A stretch of DNA of 64,000 nucleotides, taken from the IMG/VR virus record IMGVR_UViG_3300028591_000126, positions 1 to 64,000 of that record; one strand, given 5' to 3'. Numbering within the stretch: position 1 is the stretch's first letter; the number at the start of each line of letters is the position of its first letter. The notes beneath the pieces were generated by a model. That model was not told where the DNA came from, searched no databases, and saw nothing but the letters and a program-made list of their open reading frames with translations. This DNA is from a virus. Taxonomy: Duplodnaviria > Caudoviricetes. Positions 41,701 through 55,980 of the stretch are shown here, one piece after another. The translations under genes were made by a program, and so were the position numbers.

Positions 41701-44700
41701 AGTATATTTTCTAAAATCAGTATTTAATTGACTACCAACTTTTCTAATATCGTTTAAATCAACTTCTTGTATGCCACAATCATCTTTAAATGGCATAGCA
41801 CTTATTTCCATACCCCTTAGTTTTTTCAAATCTTCTAACACTTCACTAGGATTTGCATTATCTATTGCTTCTAGGCGTTGTAAGGCTTGCTTTACTATAT
41901 TAAAATCTCTTTCAACATATTTAGAGGTATAACCTATATCTTCATCACAACAAACTAATCTTTCTAATGCTTCCAAATAATCTTTACTCATAGTACAATC
42001 ACCTCTTATCACTATAATTATACAATATATTAATTGTAGTGTAAATACTTTTTTAATGTTTTTTAATATTTTTTTACAAAAATAAAAAGGAAGTATATGC
42101 TTCCTATATTGTAATAATAATGATTTCATCATCTTTAGCACTATTTATAAGTTCAACAGTTTTATCTATATTATCTTTCCACTTAGTAACAAACTTAAAA
42201 TAGAAATCATCTTTATCTACTTTATCATTTATCATTTTATTAATTACTGAACTCCAATAATTTGATTCATCAACAAAATAATTCTTTATAGTTTTATTTT
42301 TAACAATAACAGGAAACCTATTATTAGTTAGCTTTTTACCACTATTTACAATGTTACTTAATCTTTTACCAATATCGTCTAATCTACCATTAAAAGCAGC
42401 AAATTCACCTTTATATTTAAGATGTAAATCTAAAGTATGTGTTTTATCAAAATCTATTGTATTAACAGCATCTCTTTTTAATTTTATTATATGAATATGA
42501 TCACTCATATTATTCACCTCATTATTTATAATTAATATTTATTTACAATCATCTTGATCATCAAAAGAAATTTTATAATACTTATTATTAGCTAATTTGA
42601 TAATAAATTTATTATCAAAAAGTTCTTTTTTAAAATTACCTTCTTTATCATATAAAGAAACTAAGGTGTCATCAATCCAATCATTTATCCAAATTCCTAT
42701 AACATTATAATTAGTATCTTTTTCTATCTTTTGTAATATTGAAAATAGAGTACTATCGCTAGTATAAATATCAAGTTCATTGTCCCAATTTAATTCAGAG
42801 TCAGTCATATCTTCATTAAATACAAGTTCCCAACAATTAGCAATTAATTCAGAATAAGATTCTAATAATTCTTTTTCTTTAATACCAAGTCTTTCTGAAT
42901 ACCCTTTTAATTTATACTTATCATAATCATTTATTGTTTCAATCTTAACTTCAATATCAGTATTGTTCTGTAATAACTGCTTTGTCTTCCATAAAGCAGA
43001 ATCTAAAGTTGTATAAGTATTACTATTTCTACCATTATCATAGCTTACTTTGTATTGCATACTTTACCTCCAATCCTCATGATCATCCCAAAATTTTTTA
43101 TATTTTTTATAATTTGTTTTCCATTGAACATAATCTATTATTCTATCACGAATAACTTGATAAATTCCGAAAAGCATAAGACACATAAATAAACTAAAAC
43201 CAACTATCAACATTACAAAAACACAAATAGGTATTTCTATCATTATTCTTTACTCTTATCCTTTACAATCATATTGTATAAAATTTTCTTTTTCAATTCT
43301 TTTTAATTTATCTAGTAGTTCTTTTCTTGAATAATAACCAAACATTTTTAATTTTTGTTTTTGTTCTTCACTTAATGTCTCAACTTCAGTAATATCTGTT
43401 CCAAAATTCCATTTATCGCCGAAAACTATCTCTTTAATATGCCAAATATAACTAATTGTATCGTTAATTAAATGTGATAGTTCTTCTTTTGTTAATTTAA
43501 CATTTATTTTATTCATTTTCTATTCACTCTTATCCATTCTTTTTATTTTATTTTTGTCTACAATAGAATATATAGTTTTAGCCAAAACTCTAATTGCTTT
43601 TTTATTACCTTTTAAAACTTCAGGATTCACATTAATATTTACTTCAATTTTATCTTCTACCGAAAATATAAATCTCAAATGATTAAAGTTAGGATATTGA
43701 TTAACTATAAATTTTATACTTGGACAATCATTAGAAATAGATTCTAATTCTTTTAAAGCGTTGCTTTTGTAATTATTGTAAACAAAATTATTTACTTCAT
43801 CTTCAATTCTTTTTTCAATATCTTTTATTTTAAACATCTTATTCATTCCTGTCTTCTTTAAGCCACCATGTTTTCTTGTAATCTTTAGTAAATAGGCATT
43901 GTTCATCAAAAGTATATAGTACATAGTCACCTTCTAGATTTTGATGTAAATCTACTGCTGACCAACTCATCCAATCAGCGTTCTCTCCATAATAATCACC
44001 ATTTGTCAATGCCTTAAATACAATATCTAATGGGCATTCTACCTGTTCTTCTAGCTCATCAATAATTAAAGTTTTGGTATCAAGTTCATCATATAACTTA
44101 TTATATTCTTCAGAATGAGCATGTCTATTTGGTTCACTTTCTTCCTTTGCTAAATCAAGCAAATTATAAAGCATATCATTTAGTTTCATATTATTCGCTC
44201 CTATCCTTATCAAATTCTAAACTATTTGATATTTGAGTTAAAGGTTGTTTTAAATTACCATTCTCATCAATATCATTTTCAGTTAAAACTCTATAATTAC
44301 CATCTGAAACAGTAATCATATCACCTGGATGTAAATCAGTGTAATAAACTTGACCATATCTATATTCTAACTTCATATTTATTAATCACTGTCCTTACTT
44401 TGTAATTTCTCTAAATTACTAATAATATATTCAAGAATTTCAATTTTACCCTTAAAATAACTTGCTCTTACACCACAATCTCTTAATCCTAAAGACTTTT
44501 TATAATTACCTTTGGCTTCACCTAGTTTAGATTTTAATACCTTAGTATATTCTTCTAATGAATGTGCTTTACTCATATTACTCACCTTTATTCTTCTTAA
44601 ACATCAATTTTTCAAAAGTGGCTAATTCAGCGTGTAAAATAGTATTTTCTCGTTTTAGTTTTTCAATTTCTGCTTTATCTTTTTGTGCTTGAAGTAAGGC

Positions 44701-45136
44701 GTCTTTAATAATATCACAATCAAATAATATAGTTGCTTTGTATTTTACTTTTTTATCTTCAGTAATATACTCTATGATTTCATTTAATTCCTTCAATGCT
44801 TTGCTAGGATTAGTTTCTTTAATTGCTTTTAATTCGAGTAATGCTTGTCTAATAGATTCTACTGTATGACTATAATCACCACATACATTAGCACAATCTT
44901 CTAATACTTCCAAATCTTCCAATGCTTCACTAGGGTTGGAATTGTCTATTGCCTCTAGACGTTGTAAGGCATTTTTTAATTCCAATTTACTATTCAAATC
45001 AACATTATATTTATGTAAATATTCATAAGTCTTTTTAATGAATTCCTGTTCATCATAATTGCCTTTTGTCAAACCAACCATATTCTCACTCATAACAAAA
45101 GCAAATGATAATAATTTTTCTAATGCTTCTAATTCT

Positions 45137-45826
45137 TTATTCATTCTTCAACGTCTCCTTTAACACATTTTTTCTAACTAAGACAGTTTGCTCTTTATTT
45201 AAAATTCTACACATTTCTTCAGGACTTACTGGAATTATAACTCTAATATCATCAGGATTATACATCGCATAACCCCAAGGATTAATACTAACTCTCATCA
45301 TATTTTTAGGTGAATTAGTTAATTTTTTAGTAAACAACATACCACCAACATTTTTGATTTTATAATAATTACTTAACTCTTTTGGTTTATAAGAATATAA
45401 AGGATGCATTCTATCAAATATGTTTAAGTTCTTGATGTCGATAACATAACCATCTTTATCAACTAGATAATCAGATAAGTAATCAAATAATTTATCATTG
45501 GTATCAAATCCACTTCTTGAAGCTAAATCACATTCATAATGAGTTACATTAGTTCCTTTATATTCATACCAAGATCCATTATGAAGAATTCCAAACTTAT
45601 CTCTTTCTTTGATGTGCTTATATTCTACCTTCTCAATCTCATAATCACATTCAGCTACGATTTTACCGTTAAGTTTATAGTCGTTTATGTCAATACACGC
45701 TTGTTTAAAATTTTTCCCTGAAGTAAGACTAAACTTAACACCTTTTTTAAATTCCTCATTATCTTTTGGCATATCTAATAAATAAGGCTTTGCTTTAGTG
45801 CAGTATAATAATGCTTTAATCTTCAT
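45137..45826 (-). CDS. Hypothetical protein, paralog of 51088-51690
   Basis: Shared MKxKALLYCTKAKPYL and IIPVSxxEMCRIxNxEQTVLVRK ends. Confidence 0.75.
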   Translation of the reverse strand: MKIKALLYCTKAKPYLLDMPKDNEEFKKGVKFSLTSGKNFKQACIDINDYKLNGKIVAECDYEIEKVEYKHIKERDKFGILHNGSWYEYKGTNVTHYECDLASRSGFDTNDKLFDYLSDYLVDKDGYVIDIKNLNIFDRMHPLYSYKPKELSNYYKIKNVGGMLFTKKLTNSPKNMMRVSINPWGYAMYNPDDIRVIIPVSPEEMCRILNKEQTVLVRKNVLKETLKNE

Positions 45827-48800
45827 TTTATTTTACCAACTTTCCAATTCAATTACACCATCATTAATTTCAATGCTCTGTATTTCAGAATGGCCATAAT
45901 AACAGTCATCAGTCTTAGGAACTTCAACTTCTAAATCACCATATTCTTTTATCAATTTTTGTAATCTTTCTATTAAATCACTTGCTTTCATTCTTCCACC
46001 TCAATTTCTTGGTCTTTACCTAAATAAAAATCAACCTTATCTTTATTTCTATCTTCATTAATTCTCATAAATCTTACATCATACCAATAACAAGCAATAC
46101 AATCTGGAACAAAACCTGTTTTATGTATATAATAGTTTTCAAGTTCCTCAACAGAACAATCTCTAACTTTCTTTTTCATATTATTCACCTTCTATATACA
46201 ATTCAAAATGATGTCCATCAACAACTCTGGCATAAAATGAGTAAATTTTCTTAGGTCCATATTTAGATTCAATATAATGTAAACCTGATAATCCTGTATG
46301 TTTTGTAAGCCAAACCTTAGTAATGCCACACAAATTATAATCTCCATTATCATAACCATTATCAAAAATAACATTACCATTCCATACTATTTTTCTAGCA
46401 TCAAAAATGCGTTTTATAACATTAAATGTTATTTGACTAGCATTAGTTCTTTTCATCCTACTCACTCCTGTCAGACTTTAACCACCAAGTTATTCCATAC
46501 TCTTCTATTTTATATCTTGCTATAAAATCATACTCATATATTTCTATTTCATTTGTTTTATGATTATATAGAATAGTAGAATCTGTATAATATTCATGAA
46601 ATACATCTCCATACTCATTTTTCCAGTATACTGGTTTCTTATACATTTCTTCTATTAATTCAAATATATCTTCATATTTACCTATAATTTGAACTAATCT
46701 TATTCCATCTTCCCAACCATAAACTTCTTTATCTGGTTTTAATTTATAAAATTCACCATCTTTTTCAGTTATTCTATTCATAGTATATTTACCATCCTTT
46801 TTCACTATTATTATACAATAAAAAGAACTCTGTGTAAATATGTTTTTTAATATTTTTTAATATTTTATAATTTTAATATTTTATAAAAATAAAAGGACTC
46901 TAAATCAAGTCCTATTTTAAAGTTCTTTAATTTGCATAGGTATGAAAAACCTTTTTGAGGTCTTATCCTTAATCATAGAAATAACTTCTATAAAAGAATC
47001 TGATTTAACATGAAATAGTTCTATATGATTCTTCATGATACAACCTTCTTCATGCCATTTTATTTTATCCTTTTCATCCATAGCTAAAATATAAAAATCT
47101 TTCATACTAACTACCTTCTTTCTTTATTTTCTAAATACCTCTTTAACAAATCAAATTCTTCTTGTTTTTTAAAGTTAATATGAATTGAACATTCAGTATC
47201 TTTACTTTCAATAACAATACTTAATTGGACTTTTTCTTGATTATTTTCAGAATAAGTAAAACTATCATCTTTAAAAGATAAATGTTCCTTAATAATCTCA
47301 AGTACCTTTTCTTGCTCTTGTGATTTGATTAATGCCTGCTTTATTTCAGTGAACATTTCATTTTTAGTTATGCCATTGTATGCAGGTAATGGCGGATAAG
47401 TCGCTATCATCATATTGAAATTATTTTCTTTAATATGTTCTAAATATTCTAATACTTTACTGGGATCAGTATTATCTATTTGTCCTAGCCTTTGTAATGC
47501 TTGTTCTATTTTTGTGTAAGCATTTCTTACTTCCCAATAGTCATCTTTATTAGTAAATTCTAGTTTATCTACTATTTTATATAATACTTCTAACTCTTTT
47601 GACATACTTATTCACCTTTATTATTTAAATATTTTTCTACTTTATCAACATCTAGCAAATTCATTAGATGTAGCCAAGTAACTAAATTGACTTTATCATT
47701 TTCATCTACACTATTTTCTTTACACCATTTTTCAAACGATTTAACTAATTTATGTCTCTTACTATAAAACAATAATTTCATTTTATTTACTCTTATCCTT
47801 AAATGCTATTTTTTTAAAAGCATCTAACTCAGCGTGTAAAATAGCATTATCATGTTTTAATTTTTCAATTTTTGCTTTATCTTTTTGTGCTTGAAGTAAG
47901 GCTTGTTCTATTATGTTAACAAATTTACGAAATTCATTATTTAATGTACTGCCAACAAATCTAACCTCATTTAAGTCAACTTCTTTTACTGCACCATCTT
48001 CACTTTTAAATGGTAAAGAACTTATTTCTATACCTTTAAATTTATTAAGTTCTTCTAATGCTTCACTAGGTTTTAAATTGTCTATTAAATTAAGTCTTGT
48101 TAAAGCATCATTTACTAATTTACAATCATCTTCAAAATTTAAACAATCATAAGAACCATCATTATCACATTCAGTATGTAATGTAATTCTATTAAATGCT
48201 TCTAAATATTCTTTACTCATTTTCAAGTTCCTCCTTTGTTAATGCCCACCAGTTACCATAATCTTTTAAAGGAAAATCATAATAAAGTCCTCTTGAATTT
48301 ACATATAACCTATTGTTAAGAGCTTCATAGTCTAAATCATCAAGAAATTTCTCTTTAACTATCCCATATGATTCTTTAATATATACATACTTCTGCTCAT
48401 TTGCTTTTTTACAAATCATAATTGCGTTGTCTATTGCTTCTAGGCGTTGTAAGGCTTTCTTAATAGCTAGAAAATCGTTATATGTTCCTTCTAATGAATT
48501 AGTGTAGCCATATACTTTCATTATGCTTTCTAATGCTTCTAATTCTTTACTCATTGGGTTTCACCTCATTGTTTATTTCATTATTTATTATGTTTTCTTC
48601 TAATGTTTTTAAAGCATAATAAGTCATTCTAACTACTTCATTAAATTCTTCTCTAGTTATTTTAGTTACTAGAACACTAAAGTCTATATTACAATGTCCG
48701 TCTTTTTGAGTTATAAAAAATAAATCTTTATTCATTATTTACACCTCTCTTTTGAAGTCTTTCCAGTAATTTTAAAAAGTATTTCTTCTAATATTTCTTC

Positions 48801-51087
48801 ATTAACTTGCTTATGTACTATAGAATTGACAGTATACCAATTACTTCCTAGAAAGATATTTGTAATGATTTCAACAAATTCTCTATCACTAATTCCAATA
48901 GGAAAAATATTATCTTTATCCTCTCTATTATCATATCTTTCTTTATTCCATTTATCATAGGCTTCAAGTTCTTTTATATTTAAAAAACTTTTACTCATTA
49001 CTTAGCACCTACCATTCTATTAATTAATGCTTTGTAGTTATTTCAAAATCATAAAAACAGTACCAACCACCGTGTACCTTGACATTTTTTACAATAAGAT
49101 TATCTAAACTATGGTCATAAACACCATATTTTACCCAAGATTGTGGTGCCCAGCCATTCCAATAAACTATATCATCTATTTTAATACACCAAGCATCACA
49201 ACCATTACTATTAGGATTACCAAAATCATCTCCTAAATATTTTGCATCTTTATCTTTTGCATATTCCCTTATCTCATCTAATACTTCTTTAACAGTTTTT
49301 CCATCAAATGATACTTGTCCAGAATATGAATATCCGCCACACATATCATTATTACCTTTTACATTTAACCTTATCATATTATTCTGCACCTACCATTCTA
49401 CCAAGAAATTCAAATTCTTCTTTTGTTAATTCTTCTCTCCACCAATAATCTTTTTCAGTTCTAACTTTAACATTATAAGCTTCAACATCTGGATATGCCC
49501 ATTTTAATAATTTAATATCTACATCTTTAGTATTGATTAGATCAAAAGCAATTTCCTTATCATTTTTCCTTTGTGCTTTTAGTAATGCTTTTTTGACTTT
49601 TTCTAAATCTCTTGTCAAAACCATTTCTAAATTTATAAATTCAAATTCATCAACACCATACAATATATCGTTCATTATTTCTAATGCTTCATTTAGCTCA
49701 GAGTCTTTAAGCTCTTGTGATTTTAATTCTCTTTGAATATCTAATAAAGTCTTTTTATCAATAGGAGTTCCTTCACTCTTACCTGTATGTAATTCAATTA
49801 GAGCCAAGCGTTCAATCATATTATCTATTACTTCTAATAATTCTTTATTCATATTATTCACCTTTATTCTTTTGGTGTAAACCATATATTGTGTTTCCAC
49901 TATTGGTTGTAATAGTCCAACCACATTCTTTTTGCAAATAAGTATATGATTTTTCTAAATCATTATTTATACTATTTAATATTTCTTGTCTTTCTTCTTT
50001 TGAGTACTTAACTAATATTTCATTTAATTTGTCTAATTCTTTAAACTGAATTCTTTTCATATTACTCACTCCTGTCATATTTTAGCCACCAAGTGTTTTT
50101 GTAACTAGTAGTTCTAAATCTCCACGCACTGCCATTGCTTAAAAGGAAGTAGTATCCATCTTCATCTTTATTAAAAGTAACATAAAAATGTACACCATCA
50201 ACTACAACTCCATAAATAGTTGCTTTAATATAAACATCTAATGGACAACCTAGTTGTTCTTCTAGGTCTTCCAGATGTCCTAATTTATTGAGAATGTGAT
50301 AATCATGTGCACATAACATTACATAATCATTTGAATATTTGGGATTTTTTATTTTCTTTGTTAATCTACCCATATTATTCACTCTTATCCTCTTTAAGCC
50401 AATATAAAGTTTTATAATCTCTAACATTTACACAAAAATCACAATGATTACTTAAATACCATTCTGTTCCAATATTTGATAAAGTAAGAGTTGGAATATA
50501 TTTTAGTTTATTTTCATTTGGTAAATCTTTAGCATAAATTCCATTTTTAACTGCCTTAATTCCTACAAATAATACTTCTAATGGACAACCTAGTTGTTCT
50601 TCTAAATTATGACATTTTTCAGCATAATTAAGTTCATCAACTAAAATTTTATATTCTTTACTTGATTCAAAAGTTTGTTGATAAAAATCATCGTATTGAA
50701 TATCATCTAAAATTTCTTTAATTTCTTTTCTCATATTACTATTCCTCCTTATCTTCCCAAGGTCTATAATTTATACCATATAAATATTTGAAATCTTCAA
50801 TGCTACCACCATAACCAACATCTTTTAAATATTGTTTAAACTCTTCTTTTCTATCTTCATAGTTATGAATAATATGATGATTCTGCATTTCTTCAAAATC
50901 TTTAACATAATATGGATCTTCATCATCAAAGATTTCTTTAGCATCTTCTTCTAGTTGTTCTTTATATTCTTCTAATTTAATTTTAATATAATCTTCTTTA
51001 CTAACATTCCAATAAATAGGTGAATCGGAAATTGTTGAAAATATAGTCATTAATCCATTTGGTTGTTTAAAAAATATTCTTCCCATA

Positions 51088-51690
51088 TTACAACATCTCC
51101 TTTAAGACTTTCTTTCTAACTAAAACAGTTTGTTCTCTGTTTGCTATTCTACACATTTCTTGTGAACTTACTGGAATTATGATTTTCTTTTCTTTTCCAT
51201 CTTTATTATAAACATACCTCATATTTTGTGGTGCTTTATACATTCTGTGATAGCCAATTTCGTAAGTAATACCCCAGCTATAAACTGATTTATAATATAC
51301 TTCATCTAACCATCTGGGCTTATCAAATACATGTAAGTTCTTAATATGAATTGCGTAACCAACATTTTCGCCACCATTTTTATATCTCAAGTATCGTAGT
51401 AAGTCAAAGTCTGTCATACCACTTTCCATATAAAACACATCACCATTTTCTAAATAATAATGATAGTCTTTTCTTACACCATTATCAGTAGTGTCGCAGT
51501 AGATTTCCTCAACTTCAAAATCACATTCTATAACTATTTTACCATTGTAATAATCACATTTATCTTGCCATAATGTAAACACTCTTTTTCTAGTTTCAGG
51601 AATAGCACCTTTTTCATTATATTCGTATTCACTATGACTTTTTAAATAAGGCTTTGCTTTAGTGCAATATAACAATGCTTTAAGTTTCAT
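51088..51690 (-). CDS. Hypothetical protein, paralog of 45137-45826
   Basis: Same terminal motifs as 45137-45826. Confidence 0.75.
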   Translation of the reverse strand: MKLKALLYCTKAKPYLKSHSEYEYNEKGAIPETRKRVFTLWQDKCDYYNGKIVIECDFEVEEIYCDTTDNGVRKDYHYYLENGDVFYMESGMTDFDLLRYLRYKNGGENVGYAIHIKNLHVFDKPRWLDEVYYKSVYSWGITYEIGYHRMYKAPQNMRYVYNKDGKEKKIIIPVSSQEMCRIANREQTVLVRKKVLKEML

Positions 51691-54600
51691 TATTCCTTAC
51701 CTCTCAGTATTTCAAATATGACTTGCAACGCTTGTTCTGTTGTATCAAATGATTTTGGACACCAATAGCAAATTTCATCTAATTCTGTAATACTACCAAT
51801 GTTTCCTCCTCTATTTTGATAATCACGATAAGTTTCTTTTAATGGATAGTATTTATTATCTTTTAAAGATTTATCAACCCATCTAGCAACATATCTTGCT
51901 TTATCTGCACAACAAGAACGTCCTTCTTCTCTCTGAATATAATTTTCTAAAATATATTCAAATATACTTATCCTATTTTCAAAAAGGTCATTATACACAT
52001 CTAAATCAGATATATCACAGTTTTCTAATATAGCATCAATTACTGTTTTAATATCATCTGGTTTAACATCATCTATTTTCATATTACTCACCTTTATTTT
52101 TTAATTTGTTAATAAATTCATTATAACTTTTCAATTAAATCGTCTATAGCATCCTGGACTTCATCAACACCTTCAAGTTCACCATCATAAGGGTCTGCAG
52201 AAATGTCGTCTACTAACAAATAAATATTATTTAAATCATTAATTATATCTTCATGACTAACAGATTCATAATCATCAATAGTAACTCCAGATTGATTCTT
52301 ATTAATTACTATATTAAAATCATAAGGACAATTCTCCTCTATAAACTTTTTAAGCTTATCTTCAAAATTAAATGTTAATTTTAATGCCATACTTAATTTT
52401 CCTCCTCACTTATTTTATCACAATAAACTGTAAATGTAACAACTAATGCATCATATTCACTATAGAAACCTGTAATTCTATATTTCATATCATCTCTAAA
52501 TACTTTAAATTTAAAGTAACCATTAAATTTTCTATTTAAATAATTTAAATGATTATTTATAAATTCATCATAATTTAAATCTACTTTACTCCAATCAAAT
52601 TCAGACACTTTTATAGGTTTATCTAAATCAAATGATGCAGAATAATCAAAACAAGGTAATCCTTTTTTAATTGTTCTTTTTGCAAGTTTGAATAATTTTT
52701 TATTTGTAGGATTTTTATCTTCATAACCTATATATAATTTTTTAATTTCTTTTTCTAACTTTAATTCTTTATCCATAGTTTATTCCTCCATATTATTAAT
52801 GTTTAACAAAATAAACATCACCACTATGTTGATAATCGGAACTGTTATTAGTATAAATAAAATACGTACCTTTTAGTTTAAATAATGTATTTGCATTGCT
52901 ACCAAAACAATCATAATCTAAAACCTCTGCATTATGAAACTCTGCAAAATCTTTATAATGAGGTTTTAGGATATAATTCTTCTTACAATACTCTTCAAAT
53001 TCTTTTTTACTTTCAAATTCAAAGACTTCATATTCTCCATCACCTACGTCATTATTATAATGAATAAAATTTCTTTTACCTATTTTAACAACTACACATC
53101 CACCATCACAACTGTATGTTCCTTGCTTCATAGTTTATTCCTCCTCTAATATATCATAACTAAATTCAAACCCTTTACTACGATAAGAATTATCTCTATT
53201 TATAATTTTAAATAAAAAGTCATTTGCTTCTTCATAAGTCTTAAATGCAGTCTTTCTAACTAACTCACATAAGCTAGGCATACTTACTACACTTGTTATG
53301 TAATAATAACCATTATCCCTTTTATTATAAACTGTATGTTTTTTAATTATGTATTTCACAGTTGTTTTCCTCCATATATAAAATAATACAATTAACTTTT
53401 TCTATATTTATATTATAACCCAGAAAAAAAGAAATGTAAATACTTTTATCTACATTTCTTTATTATTTTTTATTTCTTTTTTATATTAACATTTTTATTA
53501 TATGTTTTTTGTTTACCTTTATTATTTTCTTTTGCTATCATATACTGAGTAAATGATCTTACAGCTTCTTTACATTCATCACTGCCAGCATAGCTGCAAC
53601 CTCCTCCTTAAAAAATTTGAAAAAATAGATACTTTGTTTTTGGCTTATTACTAATTAAATCTTTTATTCTTAGTAAAAGTTCACTTTCAAAATTAATATC
53701 TTTCATAAAGTTATCATAATTAAAAATATATGTATTAAAATGAAAATCCATATCACCATTGTCTTCAACAAAAGTTTCACATAGATTGCATAATGTATTT
53801 GCATCTCTAATACTATTTGGTATATTAGAAGATAATGAAATAAAGTCATACCATACATAATCATTATTTATCGAATATTCATCATAATTATTATCTGTTG
53901 GTAATATCTTTGTTTTACTTCCTATTATTTTTAAATCTAAACCCATTTAATTTACCTCCTTTTGATAGTTTACCCATTTACGAACTGCTTTTATAGTAGG
54001 ACTTAATTTCTTTCTCTTATGATAAATTTTCTTTACAGCATTATCCTTTCCATAGCCCCATCTCCACCAGTTCGACCAGTATGAACGTTTTGGATCACAC
54101 ATAAAGTCTATGCTTGGATCAACACCATATCCATATAGAACTTCATACTTATTACCTTTGTATTCAAACTTAGCTAAGTATACATTATCATCTGTTTTAT
54201 TTGTAATTCGCTTTACTACAAATTTTCCAATTCTATCTAGATTATAAACTTTTGGTTTTTTATGTGTATCAAACCAATCGTATGTATCTACATCAACTCC
54301 ATGTTTCTTTGCTACTTCTTCAACATTAGCCATGATTCCATCATACACTAACATGAATCCTTCTTTATAGAATCCTATCATGAAGTCTTTATCCCCGATG
54401 AGAGCCATGTAACTGCCTGCCATAGAAACCTTCTCTGGATGAATACCTTCAACAATAGTTTTATATTCACCAGTCTTCTCATCACATTCTGTTCTAAATG
54501 AGTAGCGTTGAACCATAGTCTCATCTACATTAGTATCTTTTTCTTTTAGCTCCCATGTTCCATCTGGATTATCAATCTTATCATATTCACAAACATATTT

Positions 54601-55355
54601 TAAGTCTGTATAGTTCTGGAATAATCCTCCTTTTTTCTTAGTAATGATTACTCCATTCTTTTTTACTACTGCTCCATAATCTGCCATTGCCATAGTTTAT
54701 TCCTCCTTCTCATCTGCCAATCTTATTGCATTTAATATAATTACAGCTTCTGTATTATCATTCATTTTTTTAACATGATCAATAATAGTAATTATATTAT
54801 CTTCAGTTAATTCTTTATTTAGCCCTGGCACTAATGCATGACCTAAAATATGTTGATCATATTCATAAGGTTTATTACCAATTTCAGCTGTTGCTTTTTT
54901 ATTTTGTTGATAAGTAATTAAATATTCATATGTCCTCATTGATTAAATTCCTTTCTACTTTTCTAATTCTATATAATACATACTTCTATCTTCTATTTCA
55001 AATTTAAACCAATAATTATTTCCGTTATTTAAATTTTTATTCCAATAAGTTATATCTTTTCCAACAGTTGCTTGTTCATAAGAACTTAACTCATCCCAAT
55101 GCTCTGCCATAAAGTTTAACTTCAAATATTCTTCTTCACTTATATGATTATTAGGTCCAACTATTGTACAAATAAAACACATCATAGAACATAATATTAT
55201 TACGGTTGCGATAGGAGATAATATTTCTAACTCTTTTAAAACTGCAATTATTATTACTCCTATTCCTAATAAAAGTGTTATTAATCCTACTATTAATGAA
55301 ATCATATTTTAAAACCTCCTAAATACTAATTGATTGATAATGATCACAAATACAA

Positions 55356-55700
55356 CTAACTAATGAAAATATTAGTGCTATCGCTAAAACGTTTTATTCT
55401 ATCAGTAATATCTGTAAACCCAAAATGATCACATAAATAATACTTAGAAGTTTTATTATCAAAATCTCTATATTCTATAATATCACCAACACTCATTGAA
55501 TGCCAAGCAAATCCTTCAGGATGATCGATATTAAATATTCTAAATAGTTCTTCATTATATAATTCAGGTTTAGTATTCTCAGGAACCTTGCCTTGATAAG
55601 TAGCAACATAGTTTTCTATATTAACTTCAGTTAACTCATCTGCCCCTTTAAACATATCTTCACTATTATGTGGTAATTGTCTTAAATAATATCTGATCAT
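55356..55700 (-). CDS. YodL-domain protein
   Basis: LFRIFNIDHPEGFAWHSMSVGDII...YLCDHFGF. Confidence 0.7.
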   Translation of the reverse strand: MIRYYLRQLPHNSEDMFKGADELTEVNIENYVATYQGKVPENTKPELYNEELFRIFNIDHPEGFAWHSMSVGDIIEYRDFDNKTSKYYLCDHFGFTDITDRIKRFSDSTNIFIS

Positions 55701-55980
55701 CTTTTATGCCTCCTTAACATATTTATATCCAAGTCCATAACTACACCAAGGATATTTTCCTTCTTTTGAAAGTTGTGTATTTAATTGTTTAACCTCATTA
55801 GCTATTTTATTATAATCATAACTTTCACTATCTCTTTGAGGAAATGTTCCTTCACAATTATTAAATGTAATATAATATAATTTCTTCATAACTTTCCAGC
55901 TCCTTCTATTTACAATTATATTATACCATATAAAAAAAGAAATGTAAATAATTATTTTACATTCCTTTAAAATTTTTTTA

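Larger units (their letters stand above)
38734..55305 (-). other. Array of about 45 small, translationally coupled hypothetical ORFs with shared modules
   Basis: Abutting or overlapping ORFs; recurring motifs (SKELEALE, QRLEAIDN, LEEQLGCPL, WWLKEDRSE). Confidence 0.8.

Noticed and set aside
45988-45991. TGA read-through at the end of ORF 45988-46188
   Set aside because: It is an ATGA stop/start overlap with the next small gene, best read as a true stop.
38734-55305. CRISPR array or DGR behind the repeats
   Set aside because: The repeats are intragenic and irregularly spaced; no repeat-spacer periodicity, reverse transcriptase or adenine-specific variation was seen.
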